From assembly GCF_001194135.2 (NCBI RefSeq), contig NC_068981.1, positions 182,305,075-182,369,074 on the forward strand: a DNA stretch of 64,000 nucleotides, written 5' to 3'. Within the stretch, counting starts at the first letter, position 1, and the number at the start of each line of letters is the position of its first letter. This DNA is from Octopus bimaculoides (lineage: Eukaryota). The notes beneath the pieces were generated by a model that saw only the letters and a list, made by a program, of their open reading frames with translations, searched no databases and was not told the origin of the DNA. Shown piece by piece: positions 48,101-60,500 of this stretch. The position numbers and the translations under genes are program-made.

Positions 48101-50640
48101 CTTGCATACAAATTATACCACTTAAAGCCCCAGTCAAATTTAAGCCCTTACAGTTTCCTATCCCACTTTCTTTTGCTATGAGCATTAATAAAAGTCAGGG
48201 CCAAACACTAAAAGTTGCTGGATTGCAACTTGAAGAACAAACAAAAATTCGTATATGACGCATACATGCATGCACACACATATATAACAAACCAGTGTTG
48301 GTTTGTTAAAATAGACCAACAGAATAAATAGCAGCCTCAATAAAAATAGAACTGGGGTCAGTTTTGCTAGACTAACCACTTCAAGGCAGTGCCCCAGCAT
48401 GGCTGTAGTCTTATGACTGAAACAAGTAAAAGATGAAAGATAGACAGACAAACCGTTGTCTTGGTAACAGGTTTTGTATCATGGACCGACCAATATCCAT
48501 TGTGTTGGCACCTTCACTCACAATGACAACATCATTTTCTCCAAGAATTTCTGTAATCTAAAAAAATAATTGAAAAGAATTGGACTTCCAGGTACAAGAT
48601 CAAAACCTATCGTTATATAAATTTGCCTAATTAGTGAATTATTTTCACCTAAAAGGAAAAACAGAAATAAATCATGTATATTAGTTGTTCTGGAGGTTTG
48701 GCAGCTTTGAGTTAATGCTTTGCCAAAGAGGGATAATAAAGCTGAAACTTGTCTGTAGTTGTCACCACAGCTGCCAAGAGGTCTGACTCACAGCCTCGTC
48801 TTTTCCAGACCTCTGAAAATCTTAATATTTATGCTATCCATGTATCTACTCTAGTACTCCATTATGGAAGCAGAGTTAACTTACATTCTTAAAAAAATTT
48901 GCCCTCCAACCCATTCTAATGGAACTAAGAGGGTTTGATTTGGTAATAAGAAAAGCAGGTAATAAAATAAGTCTATATGCTATGAGATTCTGATATTTTG
49001 GGTTGGGACTATCTTTGGGGAAGAAATATATTTTTATATTTTTATAATAGGCAGTAAAGATGATAAAAAATTAACAACAAATTTGGACAGACAAATGTGA
49101 AAGTGAGATTAACTTACTTTAGAGAAGGCACAGTAATAGTTGAGAGGCACAGTTTCATCAGCACTCAAAGCCTGAGTAAAATGGATTTAACATAGAAAAA
49201 CAGAAAATTATTCAGGGAACATGATGAGTAATTTTTGCTACCTCAAAATTTGATTTTTTTAAAATTTAATTTAACTTTGAAATATTGAAAAATATTCAAA
49301 AAATAAGATACAAAATTTCTATTAACTTAAAATTTGACTTCTACATTTGGCACAATGCTACAAATATTGTAGGGAAGGAATATAGTTAGTTGAATCAGTC
49401 TTAGTCCAAGGCTGGTACATATGTTATCAATTTGATATGGATTAGAAGCAAAATCAACCTTAACCTTTAGCATACTGCATTTTCTCTAAAATTGTTTACC
49501 CTGCCACTGACCTATTACTACAAGGGAGAAAACTCATATAGTGACATGATGCACCTACAGTGTGCTACAGGTCAAACAGCTGAACTCAGAATATAAGGAG
49601 ACCTAATTAAATATGGTGGCTGTTAGAACTTTTTTTAATTACATGCTGCTCGCTATATTTAAAAACAGGGCACATTTACTTAGGTACTTCTACATGGAAT
49701 ATGTCTGGAAAAATAAAAAGATGAAGAATCATCATAGCTACAATACTTTTGATGATAGGTTTCTTTGGTAAGGCTTGATCAGAAGCTACACAGCAGCAGC
49801 TACTCCTACTTCTGCTGCTGTAGCTGCCACCACTACATTTAGTCTAACACTAGCATTCTTACTACTTAATCACACTCTGCTAACTTAAAGATAAGGATAA
49901 CAACTTGAAAAACTTTAAAAGTGCTGAATGTGTATTTGAGACAAAAAAACAAAAACAAAAAAAAAACACAGGAATGAATTAGGAATTAAATATAAAAAGT
50001 TAAACTTACATTTATGGCTTTTTTATTTTTGTCAATAGCCATATTCAATTCTTGCCACCAAAGTTCCGTATGGTGAAAGGGATAACTGTTTGAAGAATTA
50101 GCTAATTCCATTGACATCTGAAGTTGAAAAAAAATTATCATCATCATGATTTTACACTCATTTTTTTTTTTCCATATTGGTATGGGATAGACAAGAATTA
50201 TTAAGCCAGTTTTCTCCAGATGGATACCACTTCCTGTTGCCAACCATTATCTGTTCTTCAATTAATGAAATTTTTTTATTCCAAGGTCCTCACACACAAC
50301 AAAACTGGTGAGTGATGGGACATCTTCTTTACAACAGACATCATCACAGGCAGCAGTTTCTTTCACATGATGACAATGTAAAGACACCCAGAAGCATTCA
50401 CATACAAAGGCGGCGAGCTGGCAGAAACGTTAGCGTGCCGGGCGAAATGCTTAGCAGTATTTCGTCTGCCACTACGCTCTAAGTTCAAATTCCACTGAGG
50501 TCGGCTTTGCCTTTCATCCTTTCGGGGTCGATTAAATAAGTACCAGTTACGCACTGAGGTTGATATAATCGACTTAATCCCTTTGTTTGTCCCCTCTGTG
50601 TGTAGCCCCTCGTGGGTAATAAAGAAATAAGAAGAATTCA

Positions 50641-50678
<38 letters not shown>

Positions 50679-51317
50679 ATGGCTTCCCATACAACATCTG
50701 TCTCCTAAGATTCACTCACAAGACATGGTTTAGCCCAAGTCTATAATAGAAGACACTTGTGGTGGGATAAAGCTCAAAGTTATGTGGCTGAGAAGTGAAT
50801 TTTTAAAACAGTCATGCCTGCATCAGTGGAAACATAACATTTTTTTCATAATTAGGACACAAATTTATTAGCACTAGGTGGAAGTGCAAAACAACCTCTG
50901 ATCATCAATATTTGGAGTTCTGTCATGATGTCCTGGCTGTAAGTTTCTATTGACTAGTCACAAAGTCTTAGAATTTTAGCAGCTTAGATATAAGGAGCTG
51001 TGAAATTTGTCTTTCTAGAAGGAATTACCAGTATAAATGAAGAGAAATTGCATCAGTTAGAGATTGGGTCTTGTAGATAAAGTGACATAAAACCGAAGCA
51101 GATTTGTCCTAACAAAGAAAATATATGATGATGATGATATCAATTTACATGGTTTCAGGTATGAGCAGCAAATTTGGTTATTGCTTTACAAAATAATTCC
51201 ATAGATTGTACATTTGAAGAGTCATTCCACCTCCATTGTGCTATTCCAAAATACAAATCAATCTCCTGGAAGCTGTTCAGAAACATGCAACCAGATAAAT
51301 ATTTTACACACACACAC

Positions 51318-51354
<37 letters not shown>

Positions 51355-51845
51355 GAAAAATCAAGATATATACAAGTATAAAGTTTTAGTTCCTCTGTAT
51401 GTTTCACCATTGCAGTTTGTTGGAATTCAGCATTGGATGCTTACCACTATACATGTTCTGTATATCATTACTAGTTACTCTGCGGAGCACAATGGTCAAC
51501 CACTATACTGCAAGCTGATTGGATAATGATAATCTATGTAAAGCTTTAACTCATACAGTAGTAGTTGTACATCTAACTGAACACACAAGATATATTTAAA
51601 TATATATACACACACAAACACGCACACAAATGTACACACACACACGTGCACAAATGTACACACACACACATTAATCAAAGTGTACAGTATTATATATCCA
51701 TTATGGCTGATCTTACCAATCAGTTTTGTGCTAGGGGTTCAACGGAAGCCTGATTATGTAACCCTGCACTCTTCAGAGATGATGCTAGTTATTGGAAGGC
51801 AACTGCTCTCTCTCTCTCTGTATGCATGTGTGTATGTGTATAAAA

Positions 51846-51876
<31 letters not shown>

Positions 51877-54520
51877 CACACACACACACACACATCCATA
51901 TGAGTGACTGAGGTTAAAGGTAGTGAGATATAAACCAGCATGTTCATTTTACCTTGAACGAATAAAGATCTTACCTGGAAAATAGCTGCTTTTACATCAG
52001 CAGCAAGAGCTACAACAGGCTGAACATTATTACCCAATTCTTCTTGATGGATATCCACCTGAGAAAGAGAGAGAAATCAATGGAGTGAACAAGCAAATAA
52101 TATACGAGATATTTTTTTCTGTCATCAAAATCGTAGAATATATATCTATGAAGAATTTGTCAGTTATTTACCTGAATGATTTTGACATTTGGTTGGAAGC
52201 GAGGAGGAAGGCCAAAGTGTAGAATCCAGTTCAAACGTGCACCAAGAAGAAGAATCACATCAGCTTCTCGAAGAGCTCTGCAAACATATTTCTGTCATTT
52301 TAATTGCTATGTTGATAAAAGTATTAATAAAAGTTAGAAAGTCATCATCATCATCATTGTTTAATGTCCGCTTTCCATGCTAGCATGGATTGGACGATTT
52401 GACTGAGGACTGGCAAGCCAGCAGGCTACACCAGGCTCCAATCTGATTTGGCAGAGTTTCTACAGCTGGATGCCCTTCCTAATGCCAACTAATCCGAGAG
52501 TGTAGTGGGTGCTTTTACATGCCACCGACACGAGGGCCAGTCACACGGTACTGGTAATGGCCACGCTCAAAAAGGTGTTTTTTACATGCCACCTGCACGG
52601 GAGCCAGTCCAGCGGCACTGGCAACAACCTTGCTCGAATTATTTTAAAACGTGCCACCAGCACAAGTGCTAGAAGGCGACGCTGGTAACGTATTATTTTT
52701 AATTATTATAATCATGAGTTACAAAGATTCAGGTATGGCTATGTGGCTAAGAAGCTTGCTTCCCAACTGTGCCATCTTGGGTTCAGTTCCACAGGGCAGC
52801 ACCATAGGCAAGTGTCTTTTACGTTTTGAGTGGTAATATATATTTTAATGTCAGATTGTGATTTTTATACAGTATGTGTTGTGTGGAGTGTTGTTGAAAG
52901 AGGGTGGATCATAGCAGCAGACTGCTGTGTGGTAAGTAGCTTGCTTACCATTCACATGGTTCTGTGTTCAGTCCCACTGCGTGGCACCTTTGGCAAGTGT
53001 CTTCTGCTATAGCCTCGGGTTGACTAAAGCCTTGTGAGTGGATTTGATAGATGGAAACTGAAAGAAGCCTGTCGTATATATGTATGTGTGTGTGTTTGTC
53101 CCCGCAACATCGCTTGACAACCGATGCTGGTGTGTTTACGTCCCCGTAACTTAGCGGTTCGGCAAAAGAGACCGATAGAATAAGTACTAGGCTTATAAAG
53201 AATAAGTCCTGGGGTCGATTTGTTCGACTAAAGCGGTGCTCCAGCATGGTCGCAGTCAAATGACTGAAACAAGTAAAAGAGTAAAGAGAGTATATATATA
53301 TANNNNNNNNNNNNNNNNNNNNNNNNNNNNNNNNNNNNNNNNNNNNNNNNNNNNNNNNNNNNNNNNNNNNNNNNNNNNNNNNNNNNNNNNNNNNNNNNNN
53401 NNNNNNNNNNNNNNNNNNNNNNNNNNNNNNNNNNNNNNNNNNNNNNNNNNNNNNNNNNNNNNNNNNNNNNNNNNNNNNNNNNNNNNNNNNNNNNNNNNNN
53501 NNNNNNNNNNNNNNNNNNNNNNNNNNNNNNNNNNNNNNNNNNNNNNNNNNNNNNNNNNNNNNNNNNNNNNNNNNNNNNNNNNNNNNNNNNNNNNNNNNNN
53601 NNNNNNNNNAGTTGCTGATAAAAAATGTTGCAGTTCCTTCTCAGCCTGGGAATAGGCAGCTCCTGAAAATAATTTATAACAACAAACATATTACAAAATA
53701 TTACAAAAAGTAAAGACAGGAAGTTTGTGGGGCAATGGTTGAAATATGTTAGTGGGTAATTTCATGCCAGTCTATCAAATCAAGTTTCTTTAGAAGTGAT
53801 CTAGGATGGTAAATAAATGTGGTAATATCAGTGTTGTTTCAATAGTATTCAATGTAATTTACTTTTGTAATACCACCACCATCACCACCATGTCCATCTT
53901 ACATGCTAGCATGGGTAGAACGGTTTGACAAGAGCCGGTCAAGCAGAAGCCTGCACCAGACTCTTGTGACTGCTTTGGCAGGATTTTTACAGCTGGATGA
54001 TGATGAAAATGCAGTAAAAGTGGTGTTTTAAACAACATTTAGCCTCTTGGTGCAGAAGGAACCACAAATATCTCAATAAATGTGAGTATGTGTTATTATG
54101 TAGAATGCTATCTTACCTTTGCCAATGATGACCAAAGGTTTATGGGCAGCGGAGAGGACTTGGAGGGCTTTTCTAACGTCTTCAAGGGAGGAATGTACTC
54201 TTGGAGAATCAGGACACTTTTGGCACCATCTGTTGATAAATACAAGTTATTGGAACTAGTTAATTGATTATATATTAAATTCAAGAATTATTTTTCTGTA
54301 CAAAAGTAAAAAAAAAATGTTTTTCATATATATATATAGGTGCAGGAGTGGCTGTGTGGTAAGTAGCTTGCTTACCATTCACATGGTTCCGGGTTCAGTC
54401 CCACTGCATGGCACCTTGGGCAAGTGTCTTCTACTATAGCCTTGGGCCGACCAAAGCCTTGTGAGTGGATTTGGTAGACGGAAACTGAAAGAAGCCCTTC
54501 GTATTTATGTATATATATAT

Positions 54521-54551
<31 letters not shown>

Positions 54552-57500
54552 CATACATACATATATATATATACATACATACATATATATATATACATAC
54601 ATACATACATATATATGTATGTATGTATGTATGTATGTTTATATGTTTGTGTTCTGTGTTTGTCCCCCCAACATCGCTTGACAACTGATGCTGGTGTGTT
54701 TACGTCCCCGTAACTTAGCGGTTCGGCAAAAGAGACCGATAGAATAAGTATTAGACTTCCAAAGAATAAGTCCTGGGGTCGATTTGCTCGACTAAAGGTG
54801 GTGCTTCAGCATGGCCGCAGTCAAATGGCTGAAACAAGTAAAAGAGATATAAAAATGCACCTAAGGGCAGATGGAGGACGAGAAACATGACATTAAAAAT
54901 AAGTACCTTAAAAGGTAAGAAATGTGAATATATATATATGTATATATATGTGTACAACCACACAAATGGCATCAGTTCACACCAGCACACACGATCATAT
55001 CAAAATATAACAAAAGAAAAAGAAACTAAGTTGATAAAGAAGGAAGTCCAAATACAGTGGGTAAAGGAAAATAGGTTTATACTGTCACTTGCTATGTTTG
55101 TGGGGAGGGGAACCAAAATCTCAAAATACACCTGGTGGCATGCAGGCAGGTACCAAAGGATCCTGTATATATGAGTGGATATATGTAAAAAGTAAATGTT
55201 AACCCTTAACCTTTCTTTGGCCAGCTACATCTGCTTAGAACCCTTTTAATTACATTCCTGATTCACAGTCTCAGGCTCGCATAGACAAGAGGCAGCTTTT
55301 CTAACATTATGAAAGAGCCTAAACTACAACTATAAGTTAATGAGAGCCTCTACACAATCACTTCACCTGTTAAGAATAGATGTCACATCCCACCTCAAAT
55401 TCCACCTTATTGTCTGTAGATAAGAAACTCTAAAATTCTTTAATCTGCGGATCTGTCTAAGGATGATAGAAGATGTCTTCTTTGTAACCTGCTCTCTATT
55501 GTCATAATATATTCTGGTTCACAGAGTGGATGTTTGTGTCTAGTTCCCTTAAAATTAAACAGATAATACACAAATTTCACTCTGGAGAGGGTGTTGGTCT
55601 AGAGAATATTTCTGAACTCATTCATACAAGCTGATGAATTGCTGGTCAGTTTTACAGGACAGCATGTACCTAGAGTACAACCATGTGGTAACTACTTACA
55701 GCAGGGATTTATACCAACCTGTGGAATCTATTCACAAAAGGCTATTATACCACCCTTAATACCTGCTTACAGTAAGTGTTTAAAGAAGTCTGTAGTACTG
55801 ATTTCTGACAAGGAATTCTACCACTGTATGGTATCAACTGACTGTAGGGGTCTAAACCAATTTGTGGACTTATTAACAACAGGTCATTATACTGCCCTTG
55901 ATACCAACTTACAATAAGGGTTAAAAGCAGCCTGTTGTAATGACTTCCAATAAGGAATTATATCATTGTGTGATACCTGTTTACCATAGGGAATTATACT
56001 TCCCGTGATACCAATTTATAGCAGGGAATATATTATGCAGCAGCACTTAGCAGAGAATATAACACATTGTTTTAAAGATAGAAATTATAATGCATTGAAG
56101 TACCTAATTACAACAAGAAATATATTCTGTGGTACCAACTTATATCACAGAATTTTACTACCTAATGATTCATAAACAGTAGTGAAGTATATCACCCTGT
56201 GGTACCTAAATACAGCAAGGTTATAAAACCCTATTGCCAACAGTGGATTATACCACTGTAGGTACCTACTTGCAGTAAGAAATTTTACTTCCTGTGGCAC
56301 TTGGAGCTGTGGAACCTACTTGGTGATACATACAGATGAAACCAGTAAGTGGAAAATGAACCACAAACATCTCGGCTGGTTGTCTGTTATGGAATCACTT
56401 GACTATATATGCTCTCTTAACTAAGAATATGGATAATGTTATGTTTTTATGTTAGTTGAAAACTAATCCAAACGTTTCTGTATCATGAAACTAAACAATT
56501 TGATTAAGGGTTGATAAAGCCAAAATACAAGCAAGCTTTGGTTCAAAGAAAAGTAGAGGCTTTTTATAAACATGTACTCACACAACTGATGAAGAATCAA
56601 CAGCAGCTGTTATCATATCAGCTGGTAGATCTAAGTAGCTAACTCCAGGACGACCATAAAGAGCAACTCTTACAGCCTAATATGAAATATAGAAAAGACT
56701 TTAAAGCTATATAATCAACATTATCATCATTTTATTTTTCAATATCATATATATAAGGGTAAAGGCTCCCTTCAGTCATGAATGACCATGGGATTGCACC
56801 TAGAAACTTCCCCTCCACGGCACAAGTCTGGGCAAGGTTGTTTTTGGGGAAGACCAGTATTTGACCATGCATACCAGTCTCTCATCACCAAACCACCAAT
56901 GTTGTCCAATGAAAAAGTAAAGGTTGATACAGCTTGATACCAGAAATGTTGCAACTAATTTTTACAGATGAGTGAACTGGAGCAACATGAAATAAAGTGT
57001 CTTGCTCAAGAATACAACACACAGCCCAGTTTGGTAATCAGACTTTCAACCTAACAATGATAGGCTTGATGCTCTAACCACTGAGCCATGTGCCTTCACA
57101 TATATACTTCATACAATATCATGTGTTGAGAGACTAAAGCAAGATAGAGGAACATGAAGAAGTGCTTTGCTATTGAGAAGATGCATGGCTACCTGTATTA
57201 TGGTGAAGGCACATGGCTCAGTGGTTAGGGCATCAGGCTGTGTGTTATGGTCTTGAGCAAGACACTTTATTTCATGTTGCTCCAGTTCAGTCAGCTGTAG
57301 AAATGAGTTACGATGTCACTGGTACCAAGCTGAATCGGCCTTTGCCTTTCCCTTGGATAACATCGGTGGCATAGAGAGGGGAGGCTGGTATTCATAGGCA
57401 AATAATGGTCTCCCATAAACAACCTTGCCCCAACTTGTGCCTTGGAGAGTATCTTTCTAGGTGCAATCCCATGGTCATTCATGACTGAAAGAGATCTCTA

Positions 57501-60500
57501 CCTGTATTATATAAGGGTATCATTGAAAATAATTTCTCTTTTGCTCATAATCTAACAGATTAACACAACACACATCCAAAAACCTTTCCAAGTAATACAT
57601 CCTTTATTTCTTTCACCAATATGCTTCTCTCCAATATCATCCCAATTCAAACCAACACAGTCTCATAATTCAGAACATTTCATGCCAATAATAGACTCTT
57701 AAAAACTGGTTTAAAACTTGCAGGTTTAAAGTTTTCATTAAAAATTTTTGCTGAGAGAACACATTAAACACACATAAGAACTGACCCCTAAAAGAAAACA
57801 AATAAACAATTATCAATACTTACAGCTTCTACAAAGACTGGAATCCGTTGCGCACAACTGGGTCGGGCACTATACTTGCAGAAATTTCTGGCATATTCCA
57901 CCTTTAAAAAAATAGTTTACTTTTTTAAAGTAAAAGTACACTTAATATGTACACAGATCTTGCCGTTTATATAGCTGAAAGAAATGCTTGAGAAGGCCAG
58001 TAATTTTGGGGGAGGGGTAAGTCAATTACATCAACCCCATTGCTCAACTGATACTTATTTTATCGACTCCAGAAGGATGAAAGGCAAAGTCAACCTCAGT
58101 GGAATTTGAACTCAGAATATTCAGACAAGCAAAACGCTGCTAAGCATTTTAACCGGATTGTTAACAATTCTGCCAGCTCACCACTTTACATGTTTGACCC
58201 AGTATTAATAATAAAAAAGAGAAGCAAAAGTCATTTTGTTTTTTTCTTACATAGGCACAGGCATGGCTGTGTGGTAGGAAGCTTGCATTCCAACCACATG
58301 GTTCCGGGTTCAGTCCAACTGTGTGGCACCTTGGGCAAGTGTCTTCTACTATAGCCTCAAGCCGACCAAAGCCTTGTGAGTGGATTTGGTAGATGGAAAC
58401 TGAAAGAAGCCCACCATGTATATATACATGTATATATGTTTACGTGTTTGTGTCTTTATTTGTACCCCCGCCATCGCTTGACAACCGATGTTGGTGTGTT
58501 TTTGACTCCCCATAACTTAGCGGTTTGGTAAAAGAGACCGATAGAATAAGTACTAGGCTTACAAAGAATAAGTCATGGAGTCAATTTGTTCGACTAAAGG
58601 CGGTACTCCAGCATGGCCACAGTCAAATGACTGAAAAGAGTAAAAGAGTATATATGTAAGTGTGGCTGTATGTTTAAGACGTTTGGCTTGAGACCACATC
58701 ATTCTGAGTTCAATCCTATAGCATGGCACTTTGAGCAAGTGTCTTTTAACATAGCCACATGGAAACAATACAGAAACCTGCTAGATAGATAAGTGTGTGT
58801 GTGTGTGTGTGTGTGTGTTTGTGTGTATACTTGTGTCTTTTTCTCTTTTATGTCTGAAGGAGGTGGTAAGGTTGGTGTTTTTAATCAAATTTTCTTTTTG
58901 TCAATCATATCATCATCATCTTTTAAGTTCACTTTCCAAGTTGGATGGTTTTACAGGAGCTGACAAACCAGAGAACTGCACCAGATTCTACTGTCTGCTT
59001 TGGCATGGTTTTTATAGCTGGATGCCCTTCCTAATGCCAACCACTTTACACAGTGCACTGGGTGCTTTTTATATGGCACTAGCAGGGTCACCAAGTAACT
59101 TGCAAGACAAAGACCCCACCTTTGACTGGAAAGGGGAGTAGTATTGAGGGAGGTGACTTTATGCCAGTTGTTGAGAGGTTAAAAAGTATAATAAAAGGAT
59201 AGAGATAGATGTCTTGCTGTAGAGGAGATACACAACAACCTCAGTCAGGAAAGAGAGAAAGAAAGAAAGATTATAAACATTCACCCTCTTCCTCCAATGT
59301 ATCTACAAGGTATAGTGAAAGGGTGGGGGGATAAATATTCATTGTTTTGTTCTTATTTTGATGCTGACAGTTGCTTCATAATCGATTGCTTTGGTGTTAC
59401 AAGCATGACTGTATAAGCATGAGTTTTTGATCCTTCAGCTACACTGATTGCTGTAGGTGTCATAGGTTTACTGGGTAAAATTCATTTTGTATATTTATGC
59501 TGATCCACTGAAGATCTCTTTGCTAGAGGATAAGGTAAAGACTCTTACACTGATGTCATGGACTTGATTTCTAAAAACAAGTGCCAAGTGCTAAGAGTGT
59601 TTATAAATATGTCTTAATATTTCAGAAGAATAAGGTGATGAGCTGGCATAATCATTACCACACAGGAAAAATGTTTAGTGGTATTTCTACTGACTTTACG
59701 TTCTGAGTTCAAATTTGCTTTTCATCCTTTCAGGGTTGATACAGTAAGTACCAGTTGAACATAGGGGTCAATGTAATTGACTTACCCCACCCCCTAAATT
59801 GCTGACCTTGAGTCAAAATTTGAAATATTTCAGAAGAATAATTTCTTGAAAGAGGACTTTAGAGGGAGATGCAACAGAAGTGAGGTGAGGTCATAAAGCA
59901 GAGGATCTGAATGGCCCCTTTCCACTTGGACAGTGGCTTAAGACTGGTTATGTCCTATTGCCCTGCAACTTTGTATTAAGCTTTTATTAAGAAACCTTAC
60001 TTTCTTAATACAAGCCATGACAGTACCCTCATCAGAAAAGGGCCTGGATTTAGAAAGTAAGACATATTACTAAGTTTCAGGGCAACAGGACACAACCATG
60101 CTACTGTCCGAGTGGAAAGGGGCCATTCAAATCCCCCACTTCATTAACTCACATCACTTCCTCCCTCACTTATGGCACATCACCCACTAAAGTCCCCTTT
60201 CAATACATAATCACCCGCTAATGTCCCCTTTCACTTCTGGCATAACATCTACCATGTCACAGATACCTAAATCCAGAGTAACATCTAAGAAATTAGCTAT
60301 TTTTAGGTTGGTATTGAATGTGATTCTTAATCCCAGTTGATTGAAGGTGCTAAGATATTTCCTAAAAGATTACATCTGGGACCACATTGTCTAACGTGTC
60401 TTTCCTTTCTTAAGATTGTAGATTATAAATTGAATGAATGAAATTTGGCTGCTATTTCTAAGCAGGTCCAGCAACCACATGGAGGCTCCTTCATTGGCTT

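Noticed and set aside
54500-54640. (ATAC)n followed by (GTAT)n quasi-palindrome
   Set aside because: Ordinary compound microsatellite at the usual internal position of family A SINEs.
55203-55920. TTAA-ccctta...taaggg-TTAA putative piggyBac element
   Set aside because: Only 6 bp of inverted match, and the tandem array continues past the supposed end.
60001-60035. CTGATGA...GAAA hammerhead-like core on the minus strand
   Set aside because: Stem II does not close next to GAAA and stem III/NUH spacing is wrong; not called as a ribozyme.
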